DNA of 59,377 nucleotides, counting the filler, from Sphacelaria rigidula (lineage: Eukaryota): the NCBI GenBank assembly GCA_964200075.2. It is 6 parts of 6 records of this genome, joined end to end, with 100 filler letters (N's around TTAATTAATTAA, not from the genome) between each part and the next. Parts side by side here need not be neighbours in the genome. Positions count along the whole stretch, not along the records: positions 49,566 to 59,377 come from CAXNAA020007708.1; 5 more parts are not named here. The stretch is one strand, 5' to 3'. Each line of letters starts with the position of its first letter. The stretch's first letter is position 1. The notes under the pieces were generated by a model that was not told the DNA's origin, searched no databases, and was given only the letters and a program-made list of their open reading frames with translations. Of this stretch, positions 58,521 to 59,377 are shown piece by piece. The position numbers were made by a program, and so were the translations under genes.

Positions 58521-59280
58521 GTGATTGAAACGAAATGAAAATTAGCGAATTCGGAGAAGTACTCTTCTTGTGTAGTCTCTCTGTTTTTTGTTTATTCGCT
58601 TTTGTTCTTGTTGCCTTGTTTCTAGTTGTACAGCACTGTTTACCATTCGTACAGCTCTAAGATTTGCCGAGTGCACTCATTTTTCCTCGTCTCCTCCACA
58701 GGGAGGTTGAAAATATCATACCAATTCAGAATCTTCTTGTATGTAGAACACAAAACGAAGTGTCGTACTATAAAATATCTCCACCTGGGGGAGATTTTTT
58801 GCTAAAAGAAACGGGGTCTTTTTGGCGGCAGCGCAGGGCTCTGTTTCGTTCACGAGGAAATTGAACTTAGATTGGTTTTGCACATGGCCACCATACTTGT
58901 CACCACATAGACGCATTCTGTTTTGTCGACTTACACTCGGGACATGGATCGGCATCACTGTTCCGAAAAAACTACGGCGAACCAGATATAATAGCTGACC
59001 GAAGGGTATATGTTGCTCGCGAGGGATAAATTCCCTAGCCCAGCATGCCAATGTTACCGGCAGTACACTGTAGTCACTGGGTTACGGTAGCACTACTAGT
59101 GTTTTTTTTCAAGAGATGTTAAAAATGCTGGTGAGCCCTCTACTCTTGTACAGGGTCTGGGTGGGAGTTGTTCACTTTTATAGCTGTTCTCCATAACACC
59201 CCTTACAGGATAAGGGTTAGGTACGAGAGTAGTGAAACAAACCTGCGTCATGCGTCATGATCCAAATAATAAGTGTCGTT

Positions 59281-59317
<37 letters not shown>

Positions 59318-59377
59318 CCCCCCCTCCCAAACCCAGGGAGGCCCTTTTTCAAAAAACACAATTCTTACAAAGCATTT

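Noticed and set aside
59281-59330. Long poly(C) run (also poly(G) at 9761-9786) as a functional element
   Set aside because: Homopolymers near contig ends are typical assembly break points; lengths are unreliable and no family-specific flank was recognised.

Overview
Eukaryotic, repeat-dominated, gene-poor sequence. The GT-AG introns, TTAGGG-type repeats and the style of the Ty3/Gypsy and RTE elements suggest a stramenopile, probably a brown alga (inference only). The window is not contiguous: it is six size-sorted contigs (9814, 9814, 9813, 9812, 9812, 9812 bp) joined by 100-bp N spacers containing a TTAATTAATTAA six-frame-stop linker, so nothing can be inferred across the gaps. The only clear host gene is a spliced, divergent NF-YC histone-fold gene (exons 55658-55810 and 58392-58520). 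The rest is mostly mobile DNA: a decayed Ty3/Gypsy pol; three LINE fragments; two copies of a non-autonomous hAT-type element with 41-bp palindromic subterminal arrays (one complete with an 8-bp TSD and a nested solo LTR); a Stowaway-like MITE; several TIR/hairpin elements, some carrying telomere-like repeats; and tRNA-derived SINE-like copies. Two candidates stand out. (i) Contig 4 has an intron-containing DUF7869/Sola-like transposase pseudogene head-to-head with a spliced gene remnant containing a PHD-like finger and a beta-class DNA-methyltransferase-like segment. (ii) A family of short elements has one fixed poly(C) end and appears to have inserted repeatedly at one 8-9-bp duplicated target (AGGTGCTA[G]). 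All family assignments come from motif recognition by eye, not database searches.
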